DNA from: a virus
DNA length: 64,000 nucleotides
IMG/VR virus record: IMGVR_UViG_3300035696_000005
Span: 118,360 to 182,359 of that record
Strand: one strand, 5' to 3'
This document shows positions 1 through 8,531 of the stretch, piece after piece. Under the pieces are notes generated by a model. It saw nothing but the letters and a program-made list of their open reading frames with translations. It did not search any database and had not been told where the DNA came from. Made by a program: the position numbers and the translations under genes. Each line of letters begins with the position of its first letter. Position 1 is the stretch's first letter.

Positions 1-192
1 TACTCCGCAGATGATGTAGTCACCGACAGATACCTTCATTGCCCCTTCCATGGTGTGGATCTTGAGGTCTTCTCCTTCACGGTAGAGATAGGTGCCCGTG
101 CTAGGAGCGTAACTCGCCCACCCCATGGCTGCTTCCCAATCCCCCGTGTAGTGGTAGGCTTCAACTTCAACCGGCTTTTTTCTGTATAGCAT
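1..192 (-). CDS. Conserved phage hypothetical protein (YRKKPVEVEA...TMEG...GDYII type), C-terminus beyond window start
   Basis: Manual translation MLYRKKPVEVEAYHYTGDW...KIHTMEGAMKVSVGDYIICGV; ATG overlaps the TAA of 192..377. Confidence 0.75.
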   Translation of the reverse strand, partial: MLYRKKPVEVEAYHYTGDWEAAMGWASYAPSTGTYLYREGEDLKIHTMEGAMKVSVGDYIICGV

Positions 193-377
193 TAATCCTC
201 CTTAGCTTGTGCACGCTCGGCATCAGCGTGGCGTAAATTCTCAGGGCTTATTCCATATACGTGTCCATCGAAATCAACCCGCACGCGCCCATCTTTCCAA
301 AATCCGATAACCGTTCCCACTCGGTCACGACCACAGGTGAATCGACAAATTACCACGTCAAATAGTCCAAACATCAC
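192..377 (-). CDS. Hypothetical protein, 61 aa
   Basis: ORF track; coupled TAATG to the next gene; upstream AGGGGG. Confidence 0.6.
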   Translation of the reverse strand: MMFGLFDVVICRFTCGRDRVGTVIGFWKDGRVRVDFDGHVYGISPENLRHADAERAQAKED

Positions 378-408
378 TCGCCCCCTTTTGCCTGCTGGGC
401 AGTGGTGT

Positions 409-522
409 TTACCATCGGTAATTCATGTCATCGTACAGTTTTCGTTCTTCATCTTGCTGGCGCTCATACTCGGCACCGAATTTTCGCCATTCAAACCACC
501 ATTCTTTTAACTTAGCCCACAT
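409..522 (-). CDS. Small hypothetical protein (MWAKLKEWW...)
   Basis: Internal ATG of ORF 409..600 overlapping the end of the upstream gene; start uncertain. Confidence 0.4.
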   Translation of the reverse strand: MWAKLKEWWFEWRKFGAEYERQQDEERKLYDDMNYRW

Positions 523-742
523 CAACAACCTCCGGGGTTTGGCATACTGGTCCACACTCAATATCATCATCCGGCGCATCTGCGTCCGGCGGCAATTCAT
601 CGAGAAAGATTCGCACGCCTTTGACCCGCACTAGGCGCACGCCGAGAAGTCTGCTCTGTCTTGCCCGACGCTCAAAAACTTCGTCCCTAGTCTCTTCAAC
701 AACCTTATGTTTTTCTCCGCCTCTAAAAACAAACTTATCCAT
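512..742 (-). CDS. Hypothetical protein (MDKFVFRGG...)
   Basis: ORF 512..769; AAGG-type RBS before ATG at 742. Confidence 0.5.
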   Translation of the reverse strand: MDKFVFRGGEKHKVVEETRDEVFERRARQSRLLGVRLVRVKGVRIFLDELPPDADAPDDDIECGPVCQTPEVVDVG

Positions 743-986
743 CCTTGCTCCCCTTGGACTGTTGGGCATCCGTGCCGCTATCCGGTCGAGCGTAAAAGCG
801 TTTCACATCGCACATAGTTCTTACAAAGGGTGAAATGGTGAAACTATCTAGCTGGTTGATCTCGGCTAGAAAATCATAAGCATCTGCCTGTGTTCCGGTG
901 AACTGCGCAGCTTTTTTGCGCCAGCTTTCGTCAAGTTGACCGGTGGGTGCAGAAACCAACATAGCTACCATCTTTACAAAATCCAT
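735..986 (-). CDS. Hypothetical protein, 83 aa
   Basis: ORF track; AAGGAG RBS. Confidence 0.6.
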   Translation of the reverse strand: MDFVKMVAMLVSAPTGQLDESWRKKAAQFTGTQADAYDFLAEINQLDSFTISPFVRTMCDVKRFYARPDSGTDAQQSKGSKDG

Positions 987-988
987 AG

Positions 989-1210
989 TTACTCCTTCTT
1001 GACAGTGCGAACGTAGTTATGTGAGCCATCCCAATGAACCACAACGCCGCCGCCACCTGTCCCGCCGTAGTAAACCCAAGCCACCATTTCCATACCCACT
1101 CCTTCACTTAATCGTTTGTCACACAAGTAGTCGTGTCTTCTTTCTTTAGTAGGGCATCGATCTCCTTTTTGGTGCAAAAGTAGTACTGAATCAATAACCC
1201 GTCCGGACAC
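989..1210 (-). CDS. Hypothetical protein, 73 aa
   Basis: ORF track; tight packing with neighbours. Confidence 0.45.
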   Translation of the reverse strand: MSGRVIDSVLLLHQKGDRCPTKERRHDYLCDKRLSEGVGMEMVAWVYYGGTGGGGVVVHWDGSHNYVRTVKKE

Positions 1211-1247
1211 CCAAATTCGCGAAGTTCTTCGAAGGTGTAGCTATCCA

Positions 1248-2279
1248 TCAGTTATAATTCTCCCCATGTTCTTTATAGACAGCTCCCGTAAACGCCATCA
1301 CTTCTTCTCCATAGTGGTGGCAGATCAGTTTATTGCACCATTCCAGATCCGGCGTTTCGTGGAGAGTTGACTTAAGCCTAGCCTCTTCGAGTTCCACCAA
1401 TCCTTGCTCGATCTTTTCAAAGATCTCCTTGGAGTGGATCTCTTTGTTTCTGATCTTAAGCAAATATTCTGCATCAGGTCTTGGGAAAGTGATCCTTCCA
1501 GTCAATAGAAGCTCCTTAGCTTGAGAAGCAACACGGATTGCGTGCATGCAGGCTTTAAAATCAATACCCTCATTCTTTTCCGCCTGGAGAGCGCGTTCTC
1601 CGTATTCGTCCACCCACTTAGCCGCCATCGTAAGTGCAAGAGGGAGTTTCGTGCTGAAAGGAATCATCTTTCCGCAGACATCGAGGTGTTTGATCATTTG
1701 GGTAGAAGGCATTAGATCCATCTTTCGGGTCTTTTGTTCCACTTCAACGATCTTAATGAAAGTGTTTTCGAGTGCCCTTGTAGCCCAAAGTGATTCCATG
1801 TCCCCAACAGTATGTGGCGTTCCGCTGGCTGCAAGAAGGTCATCTCGAACAATACGAAACGCCGCTACCCGCGATCCTTTGATCCCGTATTTGTCCGCCT
1901 GCCCTTTGCAGTACTCAGCAAACTTAGCCGTTCCTTTGTGGATGAACTTTTGTTTGTTGAACCGAATTTCTACCCACCAGCCCGGGACATGTTGGCTGGT
2001 GTAGAATTTTGCTGGTGTGAACAGCATATCAAGCGCCATCGTATCCCCAGCCAAAAGAAGACCCATATACTTCTTAAGTGAGTAGAAGTCGCGGTCTGTA
2101 TCGTTTTTCGTGTTCTTGGCGTGCTCATCTTCCTTCGTATGGGTCCGGTAAGCATCGACTACCCTCTGAAGAAGGATGTCTTCAGCTTTGGGGATGAAAA
2201 CAGTTTTGTAATCAGTGTCGCTTTCCGTGGTATTGGTTCCGTAAACGTGGCTCCCAAACTGCATTGTGATTTCGTCCAT
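1248..2279 (-). CDS. Pol-beta superfamily nucleotidyltransferase (RlaP-like)
   Basis: N-terminal FGSHVYGTNTTESDTDYK matches the GS..YG...SD.D signature; helical C-terminus; 343 aa. Confidence 0.85.
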   Translation of the reverse strand: MDEITMQFGSHVYGTNTTESDTDYKTVFIPKAEDILLQRVVDAYRTHTKEDEHAKNTKNDTDRDFYSLKKYMGLLLAGDTMALDMLFTPAKFYTSQHVPGWWVEIRFNKQKFIHKGTAKFAEYCKGQADKYGIKGSRVAAFRIVRDDLLAASGTPHTVGDMESLWATRALENTFIKIVEVEQKTRKMDLMPSTQMIKHLDVCGKMIPFSTKLPLALTMAAKWVDEYGERALQAEKNEGIDFKACMHAIRVASQAKELLLTGRITFPRPDAEYLLKIRNKEIHSKEIFEKIEQGLVELEEARLKSTLHETPDLEWCNKLICHHYGEEVMAFTGAVYKEHGENYN

Positions 2280-2536
2280 TAATCCTCCCAGTCTTCTGCG
2301 TCTGCGTCGTAAACGTTGCCGTTACCATCATCAAGGTAGGTGAGAGCACCATGTTCATAGTGGACCTCTCCGGTGCCAATTTGTGGTTGAACGCCGTGGA
2401 GATCGCCACGCAAATTCCTATTTCCGAATTCCCTTTTCACTGGAACGCCCTCGTCATAGCCACAGCAAATCAATCTTCCATCTACCGGTTTGACTTCTTT
2501 TCCACAAGTTTTACACCCAAAGCGTGGGTTTGACAT
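2279..2536 (-). CDS. Hypothetical protein with CxxC/CC zinc-ribbon-like motif
   Basis: CKTC...ICCG; RBS AAGGAGAATCACTATG. Confidence 0.65.
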   Translation of the reverse strand: MSNPRFGCKTCGKEVKPVDGRLICCGYDEGVPVKREFGNRNLRGDLHGVQPQIGTGEVHYEHGALTYLDDGNGNVYDADAEDWED

Positions 2537-2658
2537 AGTGATTCTCCTTGAAGAAACGGCGGCTCGGAGTAGGTGTTCTTCAGTCCCCGCCGAACCGCCG
2601 CCTTTTGCTCGTGCTTTAGAAGTTTAAAGAAGCTTGTTCTTTATCCTACCGAGCAAAC

Positions 2659-2802
2659 TTAGTAATAGAATACGTGAAAGAGCCTTTTTCCCTTCCTCCG
2701 AATGTCGACGACCTTTAGGAGCTTGAAGCCCTCGTTGCGGACTCGCTCCAAAACTTCGTCGTACATATCCTCGTAAGCCACGATCATTTTGACTTGATTC
2801 AT
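2659..2802 (-). CDS. Small hypothetical protein, 47 aa
   Basis: Manual translation MNQVKMIVAYEDMYDEVLERVRNEGFKLLKVVDIRRKGKRLFHVFYY; ATGA overlap with upstream gene. Confidence 0.55.
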   Translation of the reverse strand: MNQVKMIVAYEDMYDEVLERVRNEGFKLLKVVDIRRKGKRLFHVFYY

Positions 2803-3089
2803 GATTTTATTCCTTTCAATTGTTGGTTTTCCTTCAGCAGTACTTGAATCTTTTTATCTAAATTGATCACGGTTGCAATCAGGATATTTTCAAAATCATC
2901 GGGATCAAGTAGCCCAGTATACTGGTCATCTTCCACAAGCATGTCAAAGAATTCTTCCCTGCTGAGCGGTGCTATCTCCCCGAGAAGCACTCCTTCACTC
3001 ATGAAGTCCATATCTGCAAGTGCTTGCTCTTGGCAGTCGCAAGCCTCTCCTGGTTCCAACCCGTATGCTCCACAGTTTTCACAGTTCAT
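2799..3089 (-). CDS. Hypothetical protein with CxxC N-terminus, 96 aa
   Basis: ORF track; GAGG RBS. Confidence 0.6.
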   Translation of the reverse strand: MNCENCGAYGLEPGEACDCQEQALADMDFMSEGVLLGEIAPLSREEFFDMLVEDDQYTGLLDPDDFENILIATVINLDKKIQVLLKENQQLKGIKS

Positions 3090-3092
3090 AGA

Positions 3093-3266
3093 TTATTCCT
3101 CGCAGCACAAATCATTGTCAGTGCCATGATAGTAGTGGTCCCCGTATCCGCAGCTTATGACTGAGGGGACATAGCGGCAGTAGGGTTTAGCTTTAATCTC
3201 ACCACCTCCGATCGATAAAGCGCATCCGGTAAGAGAAGTTATGCTTAATATCAGTAACAGCTTCAT
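3093..3266 (-). CDS. Small Cys-rich lipoprotein, 57 aa
   Basis: Manual translation MKLLLILSITSLTGCALSIGGG...DLCCEE; lipobox LTGC; GGAGG RBS. Confidence 0.6.
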   Translation of the reverse strand: MKLLLILSITSLTGCALSIGGGEIKAKPYCRYVPSVISCGYGDHYYHGTDNDLCCEE

Positions 3267-3310
3267 TGTGCCTCCTTGCTAAATTAGGTACATTGCCTCA
3301 AAATTTTAAG

Positions 3311-3613
3311 ATGAGGGTGTTCTTTTTATTGATGCTCCTAGCCATTTCCGCCCAGGCTTTCGATCGAGACAGCTTCTGTAAGGGCGTTTGTCACGATCGG
3401 TATCACGACGGAATGGCTACCTCTGACCAAAGTAATCTTGCTGAAAACGAGGTGCGTTGTTTCTGCGGTGATTACCGCGTTATTACTTTGGGAAGACAGC
3501 TTCCGGTTCCTCATAGGAAAAACCAAAATCCCTCTGAACCTACTGTTTATTACGGGGTCGACGAAATGCACTATGCTCCCGCCGACCCTCCTTCTGTCAA
3601 TGTTACTTTTTAG
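3311..3613 (+). CDS. Small secreted protein with Sec signal peptide
   Basis: MRVFFLLMLLAISAQA|FDRD (AxA site); CxxxC and CxC motifs; internal start of ORF 3266..3613. Confidence 0.55.
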   Translation: MRVFFLLMLLAISAQAFDRDSFCKGVCHDRYHDGMATSDQSNLAENEVRCFCGDYRVITLGRQLPVPHRKNQNPSEPTVYYGVDEMHYAPADPPSVNVTF

Positions 3614-4380
3614 ACATCCTCGGTTCTCCACCCTTCTGGATCATAATACTGCTTTGCTGCCTTAACCGTATGGTAGCTTTCCGCGCTATCATCCGCCTCA
3701 ATAACCACAGCACGTAAGTGTCCTCCATAAACACAACCTGCATCCAAAGCCCTCGCATAGGGGAAGTAGTATTGCTCACCTACGTTGTGCACATTATGTC
3801 CGAAGTAGATCGTTTCAGGACCGTGCCAGGAGTTGTACCATGGTGGACAATCATCCGAGTTATATGAGCCTTTTTTGTCGGGGCTATAAGTTCGGATCAG
3901 CCTGCAGGCAAAAGGATCTTGTTTGTAGACCGGAAATCGTGAGTCGATGCCCGCGTGCGCGACATACTTTGTATCCCGAAACCGAATGATCTGTGGCAGC
4001 TGATCGAGCCACTCAAAAAGCTCTTGTTTGTGTCTCGGCTGTTCGAGCTCCCACTTGAATTGGGTGAGTGTTGAGAGGAGCGACCCAACTTTAACGTTAT
4101 TTCCTTTGAGAAAACGCTTGAGCTTATTTTCATGGTTTCCCTCGCAGCAGTAGATGTTCTCGATAAACCTGGCAAAGTTAACGAGCCTGGCAATACCAGG
4201 ACCACGGTCAATGAGATCTCCCGTGAAGATCAGAATGTCGTTTGTCATCTTCCAATCCACGAGTTTTAGGAGTTGGTGGACTTCAGCGTCGCAACCGTGG
4301 GGATCTCCGATAATGATGACGCGCTTATCTTTACAGACCTCGCGGAGGTCTAGGATCTTTGCGTATTCCTTTGGTTTCAT
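3610..4380 (-). CDS. Metallophosphoesterase (PPP/ApaH/PrpE-like)
   Basis: GDPHG, GDLIDRG, GNHE, HAG, GH and LDAGC motifs; GGGAG RBS before ATG 4380. Confidence 0.9.
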   Translation of the reverse strand: MKPKEYAKILDLREVCKDKRVIIIGDPHGCDAEVHQLLKLVDWKMTNDILIFTGDLIDRGPGIARLVNFARFIENIYCCEGNHENKLKRFLKGNNVKVGSLLSTLTQFKWELEQPRHKQELFEWLDQLPQIIRFRDTKYVAHAGIDSRFPVYKQDPFACRLIRTYSPDKKGSYNSDDCPPWYNSWHGPETIYFGHNVHNVGEQYYFPYARALDAGCVYGGHLRAVVIEADDSAESYHTVKAAKQYYDPEGWRTEDV

Positions 4381-4735
4381 AAGACTCCCCAATGAGTTTT
4401 TTTAGCTCATAAAGCTCGTTGGTAAACTGGCAAACGTCTGCTCCAACATCGCCTTCGTGTTCCATATACCAAATGATCTCCGGAATGACCCAAAGAGCCT
4501 CTTTGAGCTTATCTAGTTTTTCCCGGGCTTCGTGCCAAAGATCGTGCTTAGCTTGCGCTTCTCTTGCAAAGCTTTCTTTGTCGCCCAGCGTAAGCCACAT
4601 TGCTTCAGCCCGATGCTTGGCCATTTCAAGTTCTTCTTTGCTGAAGGTATTGGCTGCTTCGCGTAGCTCATCTGCTTCTCTTGGCGTAAGGACATTCACA
4701 TACTTTGTACCACACTCGTCACATTCGAAAACCAT
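4331..4735 (-). CDS. Hypothetical protein with CxxC, 134 aa
   Basis: ORF track; GAGG RBS. Confidence 0.55.
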   Translation of the reverse strand: MVFECDECGTKYVNVLTPREADELREAANTFSKEELEMAKHRAEAMWLTLGDKESFAREAQAKHDLWHEAREKLDKLKEALWVIPEIIWYMEHEGDVGADVCQFTNELYELKKLIGESYETKGIRKDPRPPRGL

Positions 4736-4749
4736 AGCATCCTCAAAAT

Positions 4750-4780
4750 AAAAAAGGCGGGGCGCATAAGCACCCCGCCT
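4750..4780 (-). terminator. Intrinsic terminator after DUF932 gene
   Basis: AGGCGGGG-loop-CCCCGCCT followed by T6 on minus strand. Confidence 0.75.
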
Positions 4781-4786
4781 GATTGG

Positions 4787-5605
4787 TTAATTCACCGCCG
4801 TGTAACTTGAGATCATGATATTCAGTCGATCAAGCCTATTGAGCCTGCTTGTCTCCTGAATCCTCCGACTGGAGTTGCCGATCACATAGGTGAAGGCGTT
4901 GTAAATGTCCCAAACCGTGGTAGCAGATTGGAAGCGTACCTTCTCCTTCTCGATATCCCTTGGGCTTGCAATACCATATTCTTTGGCTGCCATCTCTGTA
5001 AGCCTTTCGATCTCATGGGGTCTAAGGGTAAGATCCGCCCATTGTTCCCAGATGCGACCCGTACGCTGGAACGCAGCAATGACCGCCTCAGGTGTAGGAA
5101 GGTTGATCTCAGGCTCTCCGTGCCCAACGTGTTTGATGTTGAGCCCGAAGATACTATCCATCGCCGTCGCACCATTCATGCAGCGAAGAACAAGACATCC
5201 CACTCGCAGGGTCAACGGAGTGGTTGTGTTGTAGGAATTGGTTCCCCAGGTACGAAGAGCAACGACGTCGCCCAGGCCCCGACCAACGCCCGGAATGTTA
5301 TGGCCTGGCATATTGAACGTGATGCTTCGGAATGTATGCTGGACGATGACTCTGGCACCGTCTTTTTCCTGGAAGAACTGGGTGTCAGGATTTACTCCGC
5401 CCAGAGCGCGAGCAAACGGCTCGAAAGCATCGATCATGCGCTCGTGTTTAATCAGCTTGTAGCGATCACTCACGATAGCCAGATGTTTTCTTGTGTCAGT
5501 TCTAGTGACACTTTTGACTCGTGGAATTTCCCGGTCAAACTCGTCGAACACAGGACGAAGGGCGACCGGGAAGTTATAAACGGAAGGGTTTGTAGTAGGA
5601 AGCAT
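4787..5605 (-). CDS. DUF932-family phage/plasmid protein
   Basis: RTDT..HLAIVSDRYKLIKHE, SYN.TTPL, RCMNG pattern typical of DUF932; 272 aa. Confidence 0.75.
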   Translation of the reverse strand: MLPTTNPSVYNFPVALRPVFDEFDREIPRVKSVTRTDTRKHLAIVSDRYKLIKHERMIDAFEPFARALGGVNPDTQFFQEKDGARVIVQHTFRSITFNMPGHNIPGVGRGLGDVVALRTWGTNSYNTTTPLTLRVGCLVLRCMNGATAMDSIFGLNIKHVGHGEPEINLPTPEAVIAAFQRTGRIWEQWADLTLRPHEIERLTEMAAKEYGIASPRDIEKEKVRFQSATTVWDIYNAFTYVIGNSSRRIQETSRLNRLDRLNIMISSYTAVN

Positions 5606-5625
5606 AGTGATTCTCCTTGATACAA

Positions 5626-5639
5626 TACTTATAACAGAG
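5626..5639 (-). promoter_or_regulatory. Recurrent -10-like promoter motif CTCTGTTATAAGTA
   Basis: Identical 14-mer at 24437..24450; GTTATAAG core also at 20070..20077 and 25998..26005, each just upstream of a gene or RNA start. Confidence 0.5.
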
Positions 5640-5649
5640 AAATAAGGCG

Positions 5650-5832
5650 CTATTCCTGGATTTTGGCTTCTTTCTTCGCTACAGCCGCAAGAAGTTGATT
5701 GAGCTGATTGATCTCGTTAAGCACAGCATGATAGCCAGGATTGTGTTCTTGGCTTATGCCACGGTATTCAAAATCTTGTAGCTCATTGTGAAGTCTAATC
5801 AATTCCCGGTCGATTGCTTCAATGATGGTCAT
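5650..5832 (-). CDS. Small coiled-coil hypothetical protein
   Basis: ORF track; AAGGAG RBS. Confidence 0.6.
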   Translation of the reverse strand: MTIIEAIDRELIRLHNELQDFEYRGISQEHNPGYHAVLNEINQLNQLLAAVAKKEAKIQE

Positions 5833-6128
5833 TGTTTCTCCTTATCTAGTTCGCTGAGCGCTTCCCTCAAATCAGACAGAGCCTCTGAGTACGAGGTGAA
5901 CGGTGCCTGCTTGATCACCCCTGACTCCATCGCTTTTCGAGCCAGATTAACAACTCTTTGGAGGGAATCACGCTCTTTTACGAGCTGACATAAACCATGC
6001 TTCTCCCAAATGGCGTGCTCCATTTCCATCTCTTCCACGCGAGCCTGGAGTCGCCTAAAGCAGTTCTTCGACGGGTAGTGAAGTGGAAGTCCCCCGCATC
6101 TGCAATCTAAAGTATCTTCGTTACTCAT
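5829..6128 (-). CDS. Hypothetical coiled-coil protein (paralog of 6409..6744)
   Basis: LQARVEE...LQRVV..AR...EAL..L.KE.K shared with 6409..6744; ATGA overlap. Confidence 0.6.
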   Translation of the reverse strand: MSNEDTLDCRCGGLPLHYPSKNCFRRLQARVEEMEMEHAIWEKHGLCQLVKERDSLQRVVNLARKAMESGVIKQAPFTSYSEALSDLREALSELDKEKQ

Positions 6129-6412
6129 TTACTAGACTCCTTTAGTGCACGAATTTCTTTCTCAATGGCTTTTTGGGCATTTTCCCAGCCTTCCATGGAG
6201 TGATCTCCGAAATAAGGGTCTTTTTCATCTTCTGGCCAGACTCCAGCGCACAGACTGGCTGCTTCCTCTAGTGCCTCGTTGCGAATTTCGCGGAGTACCC
6301 CAAGCAGATATGGACTGAAGTCAGCCGGGAGACACAAAACTCCGTCCTTGTCTGCGTAGACATTGCATAGAAACATCATCGTCACTTTGTCTGCACGTTC
6401 TTTCAGTTTCAC
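6125..6412 (-). CDS. Hypothetical protein
   Basis: GTG start overlapping TGA of the upstream gene (GTGA). Confidence 0.55.
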   Translation of the reverse strand: MKLKERADKVTMMFLCNVYADKDGVLCLPADFSPYLLGVLREIRNEALEEAASLCAGVWPEDEKDPYFGDHSMEGWENAQKAIEKEIRALKESSK

Positions 6413-6744
6413 TTGCTCTCCTTGTTCAGCTCTTGAAGAGCTTCTGTGAATTCTGGAAATTTCTTGTGGTACTGAAATCCCTTCATCCATTCAAACACGC
6501 CTCGTGCAGCATCCACCACACGCTGAAGCTTGGCGTTTTTCTTGGCAAGCTTTCGATTTGTTTCCTTTAGTTCAACTGGGAAATCTCGATTAGCCAGTGT
6601 CTTCCAATTCTGTCTATCTCGGGCAAGTTCTTCACATTCCTTTTCGAGTTCCTCCACGCGGGCTTGAAGTGAACGAATCATTTCAGATCGTTCATCTCCT
6701 GAAGTCTCTGGAAACGCCCCACCCCACGGACTGTCCCAACCCAT
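6409..6744 (-). CDS. Hypothetical coiled-coil protein (paralog of 5829..6128)
   Basis: Shared motifs as above; GGAGG RBS. Confidence 0.6.
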   Translation of the reverse strand: MGWDSPWGGAFPETSGDERSEMIRSLQARVEELEKECEELARDRQNWKTLANRDFPVELKETNRKLAKKNAKLQRVVDAARGVFEWMKGFQYHKKFPEFTEALQELNKESK

Positions 6745-6747
6745 AAG

Positions 6748-7101
6748 CTATTCCTCCATATTAAAGTTCTGTCCGCAATCCTCGCATAAGAATTGTTTCT
6801 TAAGTTTCCTCCCTTTGGAGAAATAATCGATCCGTTTCTGGATGTGTTCTTGCGGGTCTGCCTGGTCCAGGATGTTCTGACTTTTACATTCAGGACAACG
6901 CTCCTCTGGACCATTCAGTACTAGCGTCCTATCTTTTGAGGCTCGCGAGTTGGAATTGATTAGGTCCGCAATGTAACCAGCATCTTGTTCTCCTCCGCCG
7001 TCGTTGTACCAGGCAAGCCAGCAGTCTAGGTCGGAGTCTGATTCAAATACAAGAAGCAGACTTCGTTCGTTAATGGGTTGTAGGTTCTTCTTTTTTGACA
7101 T
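6748..7101 (-). CDS. Hypothetical protein with two CxxC (zinc ribbon)
   Basis: CPEC...CEDC; ORF track. Confidence 0.6.
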   Translation of the reverse strand: MSKKKNLQPINERSLLLVFESDSDLDCWLAWYNDGGGEQDAGYIADLINSNSRASKDRTLVLNGPEERCPECKSQNILDQADPQEHIQKRIDYFSKGRKLKKQFLCEDCGQNFNMEE

Positions 7102-7360
7102 CGGTCACCTCTGGTCCAAAGGGCATAACTTCTCCGAACTTCTTAAGCCACTTCATATCAGTGGGGCATTCAAGAACAAGTCTCAGATCGTTACATTCAG
7201 GATTATAGGCAAGTCCAATGATTGGGAAGTCGAGAAGGACATCATAGGCTTCGCTATTTTCATCCTTCAGATCGACTGCGATAAGGCGGGAAAGCTCGAC
7301 GTGTGCGTTATCCGGGTAGTCAGAGCTTGAGAGGGCTTCGATAAATTCTTTTTTAGTCAT
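7070..7360 (-). CDS. Hypothetical protein, 96 aa
   Basis: ORF track; AAGGAG RBS. Confidence 0.6.
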   Translation of the reverse strand: MTKKEFIEALSSSDYPDNAHVELSRLIAVDLKDENSEAYDVLLDFPIIGLAYNPECNDLRLVLECPTDMKWLKKFGEVMPFGPEVTDVKKEEPTTH

Positions 7361-7375
7361 AGTGTTTCTCCTTTA

Positions 7376-7446
7376 TGGTACCCCCGTACAGATTCGAACT
7401 GTACAGCACGAGCTTAGAAGGCTCAGTTGGTATCCAAACCGGGGGC
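7376..7446 (-). tRNA. tRNA-Arg(TCT), minimal D-loop
   Basis: GAGC-CTTCTAA-GCTC anticodon arm; TTCGAAT T-loop; encoded CCA. Confidence 0.8.
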
Positions 7447-7716
7447 ACTGATAGTTCCTTTATAGCTATCGATTTCAACACCGTTACCTTTGCGGTAGGC
7501 GTACATTTTCACGTCCCGCACTGGGAAGATTACGATCTTCTTTCGTTCAAGTACATCGTGTACAACTTCTTGGATCATAACCGTGAAGTTTGGGTCTTCT
7601 ACTGATTTAATGCCGTAGTCTTGGTATTCAACCACAAGACCGGATAGGCGCTTATGTCGCCTATTGAAGATGTAGTTGAAGAGGTCTTTGAGCTCATCGA
7701 AGAGTCTTTTTATCAT
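7423..7716 (-). CDS. Hypothetical protein; stop codon lies inside tRNA-Arg(TCT)
   Basis: ORF 7423..7743; GGAGAAAGG RBS before ATG 7716. Confidence 0.5.
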   Translation of the reverse strand: MIKRLFDELKDLFNYIFNRRHKRLSGLVVEYQDYGIKSVEDPNFTVMIQEVVHDVLERKKIVIFPVRDVKMYAYRKGNGVEIDSYKGTISAPGLDTN

Positions 7717-7882
7717 CTGACTTTCCTTTCTCCCACGGCACACCCCTGATCAATATGATAATGCACTGACCAACAGCATAGCAGAACACGAATGCAGGAA
7801 TACTTGCCTCCGGCACGATAAATTTCATGAGAGCGCCCCAGAGCGACATCCAGGCAATGTGAAAGACGAAGTAGGTTAACAT
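7694..7882 (-). CDS. Small membrane protein
   Basis: Two hydrophobic stretches; AAGGAG RBS. Confidence 0.5.
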   Translation of the reverse strand: MLTYFVFHIAWMSLWGALMKFIVPEASIPAFVFCYAVGQCIIILIRGVPWEKGKSDDKKTLR

Positions 7883-8157
7883 TATGTGTCTCCTTTTAGA
7901 ACGGTCCTGGCTTCTATTGCAACACGCCTACAAGGCCCACAGCAATTGTTTCCGTCTGTCTTTTGCAGAATCGACTTTAGGACAGTTTCGAGCTGCTCGA
8001 TCCTATCTTCGTAACGATGTCTTGTCATACTCTTTCCGCGCTTGAATGCTTCCATATCAACTCTGATCAGAGCCGCTTCAGCAAAGTCAGCTATGTCACT
8101 AGGGTGATTATGTATCCAGTCTTCGCGGATTTTTTCTGCCACCTTTCTAAGATCCAT
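7882..8157 (-). CDS. Hypothetical protein
   Basis: Internal ATG (MDLRKVAE) of ORF 7882..8214, overlapping the stop of the RF-like gene. Confidence 0.5.
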   Translation of the reverse strand: MDLRKVAEKIREDWIHNHPSDIADFAEAALIRVDMEAFKRGKSMTRHRYEDRIEQLETVLKSILQKTDGNNCCGPCRRVAIEARTVLKGDT

Positions 8158-8521
8158 CTGAGTTCTCTTCGGTAAGTCCATCAACCCACTTTCCGCTTTC
8201 ATCTCTGGTCTCAACCTTAACCGCCTTCATTTCCTGATCGACTTTCTCGTCGATCTTGGCAAGAACTCCAGTGACTCGGGCTGTCTCAGTCTTAAGCCAG
8301 GCTTGAAATGTTTTACTTTGAATGCAGCGTTCAAAGGCTCGTTTCTTGTTCACATGTTGGTCTCGCTCGTCACGAGCTTCGCCAACAGCACCTGAGGCTT
8401 CGTGAACTACACGAACACCTGAGTTGACCTTGTTTTGATTCTGCCCTCCCTTGCCGCCGGAGCGAAAAGTATCGACTCTAAAGTCTTTTTTGGTGACGCT
8501 GAAGAGGATTTCTTTAGCCAT
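8147..8521 (-). CDS. Stand-alone GGQ peptidyl-tRNA hydrolase (RF-1 domain; ArfB/PrfH-like)
   Basis: DFRVDTFRSGGKGGQNQNKVNSGVRVVH...RDQHVNKKRA; 124 aa; no stop-codon recognition domain. Confidence 0.9.
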   Translation of the reverse strand: MAKEILFSVTKKDFRVDTFRSGGKGGQNQNKVNSGVRVVHEASGAVGEARDERDQHVNKKRAFERCIQSKTFQAWLKTETARVTGVLAKIDEKVDQEMKAVKVETRDESGKWVDGLTEENSDGS

Positions 8522-8531
8522 ACATCTCCTT

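Noticed and set aside
2555-2605. Riboswitch upstream of 2279..2536
   Set aside because: An 11-bp stem with a 22-nt loop is present, but no recognisable aptamer consensus
4928-5620. Long antisense ORFs (also 17005..17481, 23146..23745, 27295..27864, 27913..28413)
   Set aside because: Shadow frames of well-supported genes on the opposite strand
8147-8521. Stop-codon reassignment implied by a release-factor gene
   Set aside because: The protein lacks the codon-recognition domain, long genes read cleanly in code 11 using all three stops, and no proper suppressor tRNA was found
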